From contig JBKJVN010000093.1 of assembly GCA_046717345.1 (NCBI GenBank), forward strand, positions 1 through 46,654: a DNA stretch of 46,654 bases. The letters run 5' to 3'. The stretch's first letter is position 1, and the number at the start of each line of letters is the position of its first letter. The stretch comes from Candidatus Limnocylindria bacterium. GTDB taxonomy: Bacteria; Chloroflexota; Limnocylindria; QHBO01. The position numbers and the translations under genes are program-made. This document shows, one piece after another, positions 1-10,319 of this stretch. The notes below the pieces were generated by a model that saw nothing but the letters and a program-made list of their open reading frames with translations, did no database searches and had not been told where the DNA came from.

Positions 1-25
1 GGATAGGCCGATCCGTCCTGCGGCC

Positions 26-31
26 TATAAT
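26..31 (+). promoter_or_regulatory. -10 box of tRNA-Asn promoter
   Basis: Perfect TATAAT about 40 nt upstream of the tRNA in a very GC-rich context. Confidence 0.65.
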
Positions 32-70
32 CCGCGCCGTTCCCCGGCCGCCGCCGCGGCCGGCATCCGT

Positions 71-145
71 TCCGGCGTAGCTCAGTGGTAGAGCGGGCGG
101 CTGTTAACCGCTTGGTCGTAGGTTCGAGTCCTACCGCCGGAGCCA
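71..145 (+). tRNA. tRNA-Asn (GTT)
   Basis: Cloverleaf with TCCGGCG/CGCCGGA acceptor, AGCTCAGTGGTAGAGC D-arm, CT-GTT-AA anticodon loop, GGTTCGAGTCC T-arm and encoded CCA. Confidence 0.97.
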
Positions 146-247
146 CTCCCCCGCGCTCCTGGTCCCCGACCGACCGAGCCTCGCGCACGAGCGCCATCAG
201 CTCGTCGTCGATCTCGCTGTAGCGCGCCCGAGTACCATCGCGGCCCG

Positions 248-1168
248 ATGCGCCGATTCCTTCTGTGGTGTGCCCGGAACCCGTGGATGCGGACCCACGT
301 CCCGCGTCTGCCGGGCATGCGTCGCGCCGTACGGCGCTTCATGCCGGGGGAGACGATGGCCGAAGCGCTGACTGCCGCCGAAGCGCTGGAGGCTCGAGAC
401 ATCCCGGCCCTCTACACCCGGCTGGGCGAGAACCTGACCCAGATGGCGCAGGCCGATGCGGTGGCCGCCCACTATCACGCTCTCATCGAGGAGATCGCCC
501 GCCGTCAGATGGCTGGGCACATCTCGCCCAAGCTCACCCAGCTGGGCCTGGACCTCGATCCGGAGGCGACCTATCGGCACTGCGAGTCGCTGGCGCGGCA
601 TGCGGCCCAAACCGGCAGCCGGTTTTGGATCGACATGGAGGACAGCTCGTACGTCGACCGCACGCTGGACCTGTACGTGAGGCTCCTGGGCGCACAGCCA
701 GGGGTGGGCGTCTGCCTCCAGGCCTACCTGCACCGGACGCCCGCCGACGTCGAGCGCCTCCAGCCCTTGGGTCCTGCCATCCGGTTGGTCAAAGGCGCCT
801 ACGACGAGCCCGCCGAGCGCGCGTTGCGCGACAAGCGGGACGTGAATGCGGCCTATCGCCAATTGTCGTTGGCGATGCTCCCCGACGCGGCGGCTGGACG
901 CCTGATCCTGGGCCTGGGGACCCACGACGTGGAGCTGGTGGAGGACATCGCCCGGGCGGGTGCCGATGCCGGTCATGGCCGGGACGCGTTTGAGGTCCAG
1001 ATGCTGTACGGGATCCGGGCCGACCAGCAGCGTCGGCTGCGGGCTGACGGATACCGGGTCAGGGTCCTCATCGCATATGGCGAGTATTGGTACCCGTGGT
1101 ACATCCGGCGCCTCGCCGAGCGGCCCGCCAACGTCTGGTTCGCCCTGCGCCAGCTCCTGCCGTGGTAA
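248..1168 (+). CDS. Monofunctional proline dehydrogenase
   Basis: Motifs RF.PGET, KLTQLG, IDMEDS, RLVKGAY, GTHD, FEVQMLYGIR, YG..W.PW..RRLAERPAN. Confidence 0.93.
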   Translation: MRRFLLWCARNPWMRTHVPRLPGMRRAVRRFMPGETMAEALTAAEALEARDIPALYTRLGENLTQMAQADAVAAHYHALIEEIARRQMAGHISPKLTQLGLDLDPEATYRHCESLARHAAQTGSRFWIDMEDSSYVDRTLDLYVRLLGAQPGVGVCLQAYLHRTPADVERLQPLGPAIRLVKGAYDEPAERALRDKRDVNAAYRQLSLAMLPDAAAGRLILGLGTHDVELVEDIARAGADAGHGRDAFEVQMLYGIRADQQRRLRADGYRVRVLIAYGEYWYPWYIRRLAERPANVWFALRQLLPW

Positions 1169-1208
1169 GGATGCGGAACCCCCGTCCTCGGGCGAGCGTC
1201 CTTCGATC

Positions 1209-1868
1209 ATGAGACAGCTGTCTGCAGTTCTGGCCCTTGCCCTGACCGCGGCACTGGCCGCAGCAGCCTGCATGCCGGCACCGTCGGTAACGCCGCTGAC
1301 CTCCGCGGAGGCGGTGGACCTGGTCCTGGACCAGAACGAGCTGTTCGCCGGGCTCGCCCCTCGCGACTCCGAGCTCATCGGTCAGGCCGCGTGGTATGAG
1401 GTCCGTGAGACCGACGACGGTTGGCGGGTGGAGGTCCGAATGGGGTGGGGCGACTGCCCGGCAGGCTGCATCAGCGAGCATCGCTGGACCTACGCCGTCT
1501 CGGGCACTGGGGACGTGGATCTGGTTGAGGAGTCGGGAGATCCGCTTCCTGCCGAATCAGGCGTGTCGGGGACGGTCACTGCCGGCCCGACCTGCCCGGT
1601 GGTCACCGACCCGCCGGACCCCTCATGCGCCGATCGGCCCGTGGAAGGGGCCGTCCTGGTGGTGACGACCCTGGCCGGGGTGGAGGTGGATCGGACAACC
1701 AGCGATGCCGAGGGTCGGTTCGCGCTGAGCCTCGCACCGGGTACCTACCGTCTCGAGCCGCAGCCGGTGGAAGGGCTGATGGGCACGGCCGCGCCGGTGG
1801 AGTTCACCGTCGACCCCGGGGCTCCAGCCCTCGACCTGGTGATCGGCTACGACACCGGGATTCGCTGA
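1209..1868 (+). CDS. Putative lipoprotein with C-terminal carboxypeptidase-regulatory-like beta-sandwich domain
   Basis: Hydrophobic signal peptide ending LAAAAC; GWGDCPAGC and GPTCPV motifs; C-terminal TSDAEGRF.L.L.PGTYRL pattern. Start moved to ATG 1209 within ORF 960..1868. Confidence 0.7.
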   Translation: MRQLSAVLALALTAALAAAACMPAPSVTPLTSAEAVDLVLDQNELFAGLAPRDSELIGQAAWYEVRETDDGWRVEVRMGWGDCPAGCISEHRWTYAVSGTGDVDLVEESGDPLPAESGVSGTVTAGPTCPVVTDPPDPSCADRPVEGAVLVVTTLAGVEVDRTTSDAEGRFALSLAPGTYRLEPQPVEGLMGTAAPVEFTVDPGAPALDLVIGYDTGIR

Positions 1869-1870
1869 GG

Positions 1871-2086
1871 CTAGCGGTCGGGCTCCGGGAAGTCGGGGTC
1901 GATGGGAGCCGTGTTGCCCTCATGGTCGACGGTTGGAACCAGGACCCACATGAAGAAGGTCGCCGCGGCGCCGAAGGCGAGCAGCATGGTCGCGCCGGCC
2001 AACTCCGGCGGTTGGCTGAACAGCAGGTAGAAGACGCCGACCGCCACGATCAGGGCCGGGAGGAAGAGGTAGCGGCTCGCGGTCAT
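1871..2086 (-). CDS. Small two-TM membrane protein, weakly resembling the N-terminal half of actinobacterial cytochrome c oxidase subunit IV
   Basis: 71 aa, two hydrophobic helices with ELAGATMLL between them, acidic tail; TATGAT -10 box 9 nt upstream. Confidence 0.6.
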   Translation of the reverse strand: MTASRYLFLPALIVAVGVFYLLFSQPPELAGATMLLAFGAAATFFMWVLVPTVDHEGNTAPIDPDFPEPDR

Positions 2087-2116
2087 CTCGGGCGCATCAT
2101 AGCCGCCGGCCGAGGG

Positions 2117-2671
2117 TCAGACGATCCAGCCGCAATCCGTGCGGCGGAGTGCCACTGAGCCAGGCGGTCGGGTGCCGGCATCCGGGTCGGCGGCGCGCAC
2201 CAGGGCTCGGGCGCTGACCGCGTCATCGGCCCGCTCCAGGGTCGATCGGCGCACCGCGGGATCGACCACCGGGGGGCCGGTCTCGGCGGCCTCCGGCAGC
2301 GCCGACGCCGATGGGGCCGAGGCTCGGACGCGACCCTCGCGCCCGGTGACGACGGTCTGGTCCGGGAAGGCCAGCCACAGGCCCCGCATGCGTGCCACGA
2401 AGTGCTCGGCCATTCCCGGCACGAGCATGTCCACCTGGCCCTGGCGGCTCCGGCGGTAGCCGCGCGGCCGCTCGTCGGCACGGACGCGGTCCATGAACGG
2501 GCTGGCCAGGAGCTCCTCGAGGGCGGCGCTCACGTTGTCCGGGGCGCTGACCTGCCACCGGCCGCCCTGGAATGTTGCGGAGCCGACCACCGCCGCCCCC
2601 TGCGGCCCGGATTGGACCAGGTCGTAGGTGATGACGTCCTCGGTGCGGGGGTCGCTGCTGCGAGACAGCAC
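2117..2671 (-). CDS. Hypothetical protein
   Basis: Fills the gap between neighbours; GTG at 2671 is 6 nt after an extended -10 (TGcTATCCT); globular-looking N-terminal half. Confidence 0.6.
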   Translation of the reverse strand: MLSRSSDPRTEDVITYDLVQSGPQGAAVVGSATFQGGRWQVSAPDNVSAALEELLASPFMDRVRADERPRGYRRSRQGQVDMLVPGMAEHFVARMRGLWLAFPDQTVVTGREGRVRASAPSASALPEAAETGPPVVDPAVRRSTLERADDAVSARALVRAADPDAGTRPPGSVALRRTDCGWIV

Positions 2672-2765
2672 GGTCCGAGGATAGCAGTGGCGTCTGGCCG
2701 GCCCGGGGTCGATTCGGCGCCGATCGGCTCGGCTAGAATCGCCCAGGCTCGAGCGAGGAGAGCGC

Positions 2766-3122
2766 GTGAATCTGACCGAGGCACAGCCGTACCGGGAGAT
2801 GGTTGCCGCCCAAAGCGACGAGCAGATCGACACCTGGGCGGCCGATCTGTTCATGGACTTCGCCAAGCGGCGCGGGGTGGGAACGGCGATCGCCGCCTTC
2901 AGCCGGGCGGCCGGGCTCGACGCGCGCGGCTTCCAGCGCGCCTTCCTGGTCGGTGGCGGCCCTGACCACGTGGTCGGCATCGACACCGCCGGGGCCCTGG
3001 CGGCGCCGATCTTCGAGCTCCCAAAGGCCGTCGCGGGCCTGCGCCAGACCGACCCGGACGCGCGAGCCAAGCTCGTCGACTTCCTCGTTGAGCACCGCGA
3101 GGTGATGTCCTACACCCCCTGA
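2766..3122 (+). CDS. Hypothetical protein (118 aa)
   Basis: GAGGAG RBS and TAGAAT upstream of GTG; protein-like composition with GC-rich third codon positions. Confidence 0.8.
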   Translation: MNLTEAQPYREMVAAQSDEQIDTWAADLFMDFAKRRGVGTAIAAFSRAAGLDARGFQRAFLVGGGPDHVVGIDTAGALAAPIFELPKAVAGLRQTDPDARAKLVDFLVEHREVMSYTP

Positions 3123-3128
3123 GCGGGG

Positions 3129-4091
3129 TTACTCCTCGCGCGTGGCGCGGACGATGGCGATCGCGTTCTCGATCTTGAGCTTGGTGATGGTCAGGTACTT
3201 GGCCAGGTTGTCGCGGTTGGTGGCGGGGATCTGGTTGATCACCTCGTGCTGGCGGAGCAGGTCGGCCAGCTCGTCGACGACCGAGGCCAGCCGGCCTTTG
3301 ACGTCCAGCAGCGCGTCGTCCGCGTTGCGGGCGGCCACGGCCACCCCGGCCGCGGTGCGGGCCCGGCGCTTCGGCCGATCCGAAGGCGCCTTTGGCTCGC
3401 GGGCCCCGGTCAGGCGCCGGAGCTTGGCCAGCGTCAGCTCGCCGGCCGCCACCCGTGTCGCCAGCTTGCGCCGGGTCTTCTCATCGGTCACCTTCATCAG
3501 CTCGTAGGCGTGGCTGATGGTGTCCCTGCGGGCCGCCACCAGCTCGCGGATCTCGGGCGGGGCGTCGGCCAGCCGGAGCCGGTTCTCGACGTAGCCCTTG
3601 TCCTTGCCGATCTTGCCTGCCAGCTGCCGGACGGAGTAGCCCAGGGCCAGCATCTTGCGATACATGCCCGCTTCCTCCAGCGGCGACACGTCCTCGCGCT
3701 GCAGGTTCTCGATGATGGAGACCTCGAGCGCGGTCTCTTCGTCGAAGTCGAGGACGATCGCCGGGACGGTGTCGAGGCCAGCCGTCCGCGCCGCTCGCCA
3801 GCGGCGTTCGCCGGCGATGAGCTCGAACTGGGACCCGGCGGGCCGGACCAGGATCGGCTGCAGGACCCCATGCGCGCGGATCGAATCGGCCAGCTCGGCC
3901 AGCGAGTCCTCCTCGTACGATAGGCGTGGCTGAGCCGGGTTGGGGAGAACCCGATTGGTGGGCACGTCGCGGATCTGGACCCGGGTCGACCGGGAGTCGA
4001 TCAGCGAGACGATGCCCGCCGTCAGCTCGGTCGCGGCTGCCTCGTCGAAGAGACGGGCGATGTTGTCCTTGAAGACCGGCGGCCTAGCCAA
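3129..4091 (-). CDS. parB: ParB/Spo0J-family CTP-binding partition protein with divergent HTH
   Basis: NP.QPR, GVLQPILVRP, IAGERRWRA, IENLQRED.S motifs and HTH; overlaps the parA stop. Confidence 0.93.
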   Translation of the reverse strand: MARPPVFKDNIARLFDEAAATELTAGIVSLIDSRSTRVQIRDVPTNRVLPNPAQPRLSYEEDSLAELADSIRAHGVLQPILVRPAGSQFELIAGERRWRAARTAGLDTVPAIVLDFDEETALEVSIIENLQREDVSPLEEAGMYRKMLALGYSVRQLAGKIGKDKGYVENRLRLADAPPEIRELVAARRDTISHAYELMKVTDEKTRRKLATRVAAGELTLAKLRRLTGAREPKAPSDRPKRRARTAAGVAVAARNADDALLDVKGRLASVVDELADLLRQHEVINQIPATNRDNLAKYLTITKLKIENAIAIVRATREE

Positions 4092-4851
4092 GTTCGATCA
4101 CCTCCCGCGCCAGGTCCCGGAAGGCATGTGCGGCCGCCGAGCTGGGCGCGTATTCGGTAACGGGGCGGCCGGTCAGCGGCGCCTCCCCGAGCTTCACTGT
4201 GTTCTTGATCATCGTGTTGAAGACACGCTGGTCACCCAGCTCGCGGAGGTTCTCCAGCATCTCGCGGGCGAGGATCGTGCGGCCGTCATAGAACGTCGGC
4301 AGCAGGCCGAGGATCACCAGGTCGTGATTCAGCTTGACCCGGATGGTGTTGATAACTTTGATCAGCGCGGTCAGGCCCTTGATGGCGTAGAACTGGGTCT
4401 GGACCGGGATGATGACGCGCGAGGACGCGACCAACGCGTTGATCGTCAGCAGGCCCAGGGTCGGGGGACTGTCGATCAGGATCACGTCGAACTGCCGATC
4501 GGCAGAACCGGAGATCGCATCTCCCAGCACCATTTCGCGGCCGATGGCGGTGAACAGCTCTACCTCGGTCGAGGCCAGCTCCAGCGTCGCCGGGGCGACG
4601 GACAGGCCGGCCACCGCCGTTGCGCGAATGACCTCGTCCAGCCCTACTCGATCCTCGTTGAGCACATCGGCCATGGATCGGTGAACATCGGCTAACGAGA
4701 TCCCGAGGCCGACGGTCAGGTTGGCCTGGGGGTCCATGTCGATGCAGAGGACCCGATAACCCAGCTCCGCCAGAGCGCCTCCGAGATTGATGGTGCATGT
4801 CGTCTTACCCACACCACCCTTCTGATTGGCCAACGAGATGACTTTGGTCAA
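4084..4851 (-). CDS. parA: ParA/Soj-family ATPase
   Basis: Deviant Walker A NQKGGVGKTT, IDMDPQAN, IDSPP.LG.LT.NAL, V.LGEAP..G.PV. Confidence 0.95.
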   Translation of the reverse strand: MTKVISLANQKGGVGKTTCTINLGGALAELGYRVLCIDMDPQANLTVGLGISLADVHRSMADVLNEDRVGLDEVIRATAVAGLSVAPATLELASTEVELFTAIGREMVLGDAISGSADRQFDVILIDSPPTLGLLTINALVASSRVIIPVQTQFYAIKGLTALIKVINTIRVKLNHDLVILGLLPTFYDGRTILAREMLENLRELGDQRVFNTMIKNTVKLGEAPLTGRPVTEYAPSSAAAHAFRDLAREVIELG

Positions 4852-4945
4852 GGCGACACCTTCCGCGGTCTGAATTCGGGCTGCTGAATCGCCGATGCGA
4901 TCTGGTATGGATCATAGGCAGCCGCACCATCCAAGGTCATCGGGG

Positions 4946-4954
4946 TTATCCACA
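4946..4954 (+). promoter_or_regulatory. DnaA box (perfect TTATCCACA); second degenerate box TTGTCCACC at 5007-5015
   Basis: Exact match to the DnaA-box consensus in the parA/tRNA divergent intergenic region. Confidence 0.65.
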
Positions 4955-4972
4955 ACGTCGGGGACTGTCGAT

Positions 4973-4988
4973 GTCTTTGTGCAAAGAC
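4973..4988. repeat. 16-bp palindrome GTCTTTGTGCAAAGAC (candidate parS-like site 1)
   Basis: Perfect 7-bp arms with 2-bp centre; near-identical copy at 6691-6706. Confidence 0.75.
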
Positions 4989-5027
4989 GAGCCTCTATAC
5001 TCGGAGTTGTCCACCGCCAGCCCTGTC

Positions 5028-5103
5028 GGGCCCATAGCTCAGTGGTTAGAGCATCCGGCTCATAACCGGCTGGTCGCAGGTTCGATCCCTGCTGGGCCCA
5101 CCA
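5028..5103 (+). tRNA. tRNA-Ile2 (CAT, lysidine type); tRNA-Met less likely
   Basis: Cloverleaf with CT-CAT-AA loop and CCA end; paired 1-72 and no three-GC anticodon stem argue against initiator; overall pattern resembles bacterial Ile2 tRNAs; TATACT at 4996-5001. Confidence 0.9.
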
Positions 5104-5119
5104 TCTCCTTGGAGGACCG

Positions 5120-6670
5120 GTGTCGACATCGGACAAGCTCGACCACCTGGCCGAACAACGACGCGCCGCGCAACGCGGCGGCGGCGAAGAGCGGATTGCC
5201 CAGCAGCATGCGCGCGGCAAGCTGACGGCACGCGAGCGCCTGGAGATCCTCCTCGATGACGGGTCGTTCGCGGAGCTAGACGCCTTCGTCACGCACCGGA
5301 CAACCGAGTTCGGGCTGGAAGACGAGCGCTACCTGGGCGACGGTGTGGTCACCGGCTGGGGAACCATCGATGAACGCATCGTATTCGTATACGCCCAGGA
5401 CTTCACCGTCTTCGGTGGCTCCCTGTCGGAGGCGCACGCGCAGAAGATCTGCAAGGTGATGGATCTGGCGGTCGCCAGTGGGGCGCCGATCATCGGCCTC
5501 GCGGACTCGGGTGGCGCGCGGATTCAGGAAGGCGTGGACTCGTTGGGTGGCTACGCCGAGATTTTCCTGCGTAACACCCTGGCGTCGGGGGTCGTCCCCC
5601 AGCTGTCACTGGTGCTCGGGCCATGCGCCGGCGGCGCCGTGTACTCGCCGGCCATCACCGATCTCACGATCATGGTCGACGGGTTGAGCTACATGTTCGT
5701 GACCGGACCCAACGTCGTGAAAACGGTGACCCATGAAGAGATCGACTTCGAGGGACTGGGTGGCGCGCGGATCCACAACGAAGTCAGCGGAGTGGCGCAC
5801 TTCCTCGCGCCGTCTGAACCGGCGGCCCTGCTGCTTGCACGGCAGATCCTGGGATATCTGCCTCAGAACAATGTCGATCCGGTCATCACGCGGTCCGAAT
5901 GGGCACCACCTCCCGGAGACGCGGACGAACTGGATGCCGTGATTCCCGATTCGCCCCAGCAGGCATACGACATGCACGACGTCATTCGCGGGATCGTGGA
6001 CGCCGAATCGTTTCTCGAGGTCCACGCCGGGTTCGCGCGCAACATCATCTGTGGCTTCGCGCGCATCGAAGGTCGGTCGATCGGGGTCGTGGCCCAACAA
6101 CCCAACGTGCTGGCAGGTGTTCTCGACATCGACGCCTCCGACAAAGCGGCGCGCTTCGTGCGGACGTGCGACTGCTTCAACGTTCCGCTGCTCACCCTGG
6201 TCGACGTGCCCGGATTCCTGCCCGGCGTCGATCAAGAGCATCGCGGCATCATCCGCCACGGCGCGAAATTGCTGTACGCGTTCGCGGAAGCCACCGTGCC
6301 GAAAGTCACGGTGATCACCCGCAAGGCATACGGCGGCGCCTACGACGTCATGAGCAGCAAGCACATCCGCGGCGACCTGAACTTTGCCTGGCCGACGGCG
6401 GAGATCGCGGTGATGGGCGTCGAGGGCGCAGTGAACATCGTGTTCCGGGAGCGCCTCGCGCAGGCCGCCGACCCAGAGGCGGAGCGGCAGCAGCTGGTAG
6501 CGGAGTACGAAGAGCGATTCGCGAATCCGTACGTCGCCGCATCGCGCGGCTACATCGATGAGGTCATCCGTCCCTCCGAAACGCGGGGTCGGGTGGCTGG
6601 GGCCTTCGCCGTCCTAGACGGGAAGCGTCAGCCGGGCCCGCGGCGGAAGCACGGCAACATTCCGCTTTGA
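5120..6670 (+). CDS. pccB: Acyl-CoA (propionyl-CoA) carboxylase carboxyltransferase beta subunit
   Basis: GKLTARER, QDFTVFGGSL, DSGGARIQEG, GPCAGGAVY, RKAYGGAY, C-terminal KHGNIPL; GGAGG RBS. Confidence 0.93.
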   Translation: MSTSDKLDHLAEQRRAAQRGGGEERIAQQHARGKLTARERLEILLDDGSFAELDAFVTHRTTEFGLEDERYLGDGVVTGWGTIDERIVFVYAQDFTVFGGSLSEAHAQKICKVMDLAVASGAPIIGLADSGGARIQEGVDSLGGYAEIFLRNTLASGVVPQLSLVLGPCAGGAVYSPAITDLTIMVDGLSYMFVTGPNVVKTVTHEEIDFEGLGGARIHNEVSGVAHFLAPSEPAALLLARQILGYLPQNNVDPVITRSEWAPPPGDADELDAVIPDSPQQAYDMHDVIRGIVDAESFLEVHAGFARNIICGFARIEGRSIGVVAQQPNVLAGVLDIDASDKAARFVRTCDCFNVPLLTLVDVPGFLPGVDQEHRGIIRHGAKLLYAFAEATVPKVTVITRKAYGGAYDVMSSKHIRGDLNFAWPTAEIAVMGVEGAVNIVFRERLAQAADPEAERQQLVAEYEERFANPYVAASRGYIDEVIRPSETRGRVAGAFAVLDGKRQPGPRRKHGNIPL

Positions 6671-6690
6671 CGCGCCGGCAGCCCTTGCCC

Positions 6691-6706
6691 GTCTTTCCGC
6701 AAAGAC
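6691..6706. repeat. 16-bp palindrome GTCTTTCCGCAAAGAC (candidate parS-like site 2)
   Basis: Intergenic; reverse complement of 6690-6707 matches 4972-4989 at 16/18 positions. Confidence 0.75.
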
Positions 6707-6707
6707 A

Positions 6708-8219
6708 GTGACGCCGCCGTTTCGCCGAGTCCTGGTCGCGAACCGGGGCGAGATCGCGATTCGGATCATCCGGGCCTGCCGCGAGTTGGGGATCGAGGCG
6801 GTCGCCGTCTACTCGGACGTCGACCGCGACGCACCCCACGTCCGCGCCGCCGACCGAGCGGAGCACATTGGTCCGGCCGCCGCCGCGGCATACCTGTCGA
6901 TCGATGCGCTGCTCGACGCAGCTCGACGCTCGGACGCCGAGGCGGTGCATCCCGGGTATGGCTTCCTCAGCGAGAGCGCCACGTTCGCCCGCGCGGTGAC
7001 GGCCGCGGGTCTCGTGTTCGTCGGCCCGCCGCCCGAAACGATGCAGGCGCTGGGCGACAAGCTGGCCGCCCGCCGCACCGCGGTGGATGCCGGCGTGCCC
7101 GTTACCCCGGGTCTGATGGTGGCGGTCGACACGGCGCGCCTGGTCGAACTGGACGATCTCGGGTATCCGTTGCTCGTCAAGGCGGCGGCCGGTGGCGGCG
7201 GTCGCGGCGTGCGAAGGGTCGATCGGCCGGCCGACATGCCCGAGGCGCTGGACAGTGCACGGCGCGAGGCGACGGCCGCATTCGGAGACGGAACGCTGTA
7301 CGTCGAGCGCCTGATCCTCGGTGCGCGCCACGTCGAGGTCCAGCTTCTCGGGGATCGGCATGGGGGATTGGCCGTTCTCGGGGAACGCGACTGCTCGGTC
7401 CAACGCCGCCACCAGAAGCTGGTCGAGGAGGCACCCGCGCCCGGCCTCAGTCATGAGACGCGCGAGCGCATCGCGGCCGACGCGCGCCGTATCGCGGAGG
7501 CGGTGCCGTTCCACAGCGCGGCGACCGTCGAGTTCCTCCTCGACCGTGAGCAGCACCACTGGTTCCTCGAGATGAACACCCGGCTTCAGGTCGAGCATGG
7601 CGTCACCGAGCTGGTGACCGGCGTGGACCTGGTTGCCTGGCAGCTGCGGGTGGCAGCCGGCGAGCGCCTCCCAGGGGAGGTGCTCGAACCGCGGTGGCGC
7701 GGTCACGCGATCCAGGTGCGCCTGTATGCCGAGGATCCGTGGCAGGGCTTCCGCCCCACCACCGGCCGGATCGGCGCCTGGCGCATGCCCGACGGGCCGG
7801 GCGTCCGTGTGGATGCCGGGGTGGAGGCCGACCTCGACCTGCCCACCGAGTACGACCCGTTGCTGGCCAAGCTCATGGTCCATGCGCCGGACCGCCCGGC
7901 GGCGGTGGCACGCCTGCGGCGTGCATTGGACGAAACGCGGATCGGCGGCGTGTCGACGACTCTGGGATTCCATCGCTGGTTGGTGGACCAGCCGGCGTTC
8001 ATCGCGGGCAAGTACGACACCGGGCTGGTTCCCGACCTGTGGGCCGACGGGCCGGGTTTGTCCGACCGCGAGGGCCAGATGGCCGCGACCGCGGTGGCTG
8101 GCGCCCGCGCGACGGGCGTCCCGCCTCGGCCTTCCGCCGCTCCTTCGACCGGCGCCGCGATGACCCGGAGCGAACGCCCGTGGGCCCGGCTGTCGCGCGA
8201 CGAGGCGGTCGAGCCGTGA
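6708..8219 (+). CDS. Biotin carboxylase subunit of acyl-CoA carboxylase
   Basis: LVANRGEIA, HPGYGFLSE, KAAAGGGGRG, RDCSVQRRHQK, EMNTRLQVEH, YDPLLAKL. Confidence 0.93.
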   Translation: MTPPFRRVLVANRGEIAIRIIRACRELGIEAVAVYSDVDRDAPHVRAADRAEHIGPAAAAAYLSIDALLDAARRSDAEAVHPGYGFLSESATFARAVTAAGLVFVGPPPETMQALGDKLAARRTAVDAGVPVTPGLMVAVDTARLVELDDLGYPLLVKAAAGGGGRGVRRVDRPADMPEALDSARREATAAFGDGTLYVERLILGARHVEVQLLGDRHGGLAVLGERDCSVQRRHQKLVEEAPAPGLSHETRERIAADARRIAEAVPFHSAATVEFLLDREQHHWFLEMNTRLQVEHGVTELVTGVDLVAWQLRVAAGERLPGEVLEPRWRGHAIQVRLYAEDPWQGFRPTTGRIGAWRMPDGPGVRVDAGVEADLDLPTEYDPLLAKLMVHAPDRPAAVARLRRALDETRIGGVSTTLGFHRWLVDQPAFIAGKYDTGLVPDLWADGPGLSDREGQMAATAVAGARATGVPPRPSAAPSTGAAMTRSERPWARLSRDEAVEP

Positions 8220-8695
8220 GGGATGAAGCGGAGTTCCTGGTCGAGGGTCAGCCGACGGCCCCAGACCCCGAATGGGAGTTCGGCTGGCTGGCCCGCGGGC
8301 ACGGTGACGCAACTCTGCGCCGCGACGGCGAGCGGGTCCCGGTCCTGGTCGAGGGCGGCCCGGCGGAGTGGGTCGTCACCATCCGCGGACGCCGGATCGC
8401 GGTCACGGTCCGCGGCCATCGGGAGCGGCTGCTGGCCGAGTCGAGCCAACTCGCCGCCCCGCGTCATGGCCCGGCGGAGGTCCGCGCCACCCTGCCGGGG
8501 TTGGTGGTCAAGGTCGCGGTCCGCCCGGGCGACCTGGTGGCGGAGGGGGATGCCCTGGTGACGGTGGAGGCCATGAAGATGGAGAACGAGATCCGTGCGC
8601 CACGCGCGGGGCAGGTGGTGAGCGTCGAGGCGGCGCCGGGCCAGACGATCGTCAGCGGCGCCCTCCTTGTTCGGCTGGCCGACCCCGAACCGTAG
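8216..8695 (+). CDS. Biotin carboxyl carrier protein
   Basis: EAMKMENE biotinylation motif; GTGA overlap with upstream stop. Confidence 0.9.
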   Translation: MRDEAEFLVEGQPTAPDPEWEFGWLARGHGDATLRRDGERVPVLVEGGPAEWVVTIRGRRIAVTVRGHRERLLAESSQLAAPRHGPAEVRATLPGLVVKVAVRPGDLVAEGDALVTVEAMKMENEIRAPRAGQVVSVEAAPGQTIVSGALLVRLADPEP

Positions 8696-8705
8696 AATCG
8701 GCGGC

Positions 8706-10315
<1,610 letters not shown>

Positions 10316-10319
<4 letters not shown>

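Noticed and set aside
4852-5027. oriC
   Set aside because: Only one perfect and one degenerate DnaA box, no AT-rich unwinding element, no dnaA/dnaN in the window
4972-6707. Segment bounded by 18-bp inverted repeats as a transposon or invertible element
   Set aside because: No transposase or recombinase, no target duplication seen, cargo is housekeeping (tRNA-Ile2, pccB), and each repeat is itself palindromic, which fits a dimer binding site better
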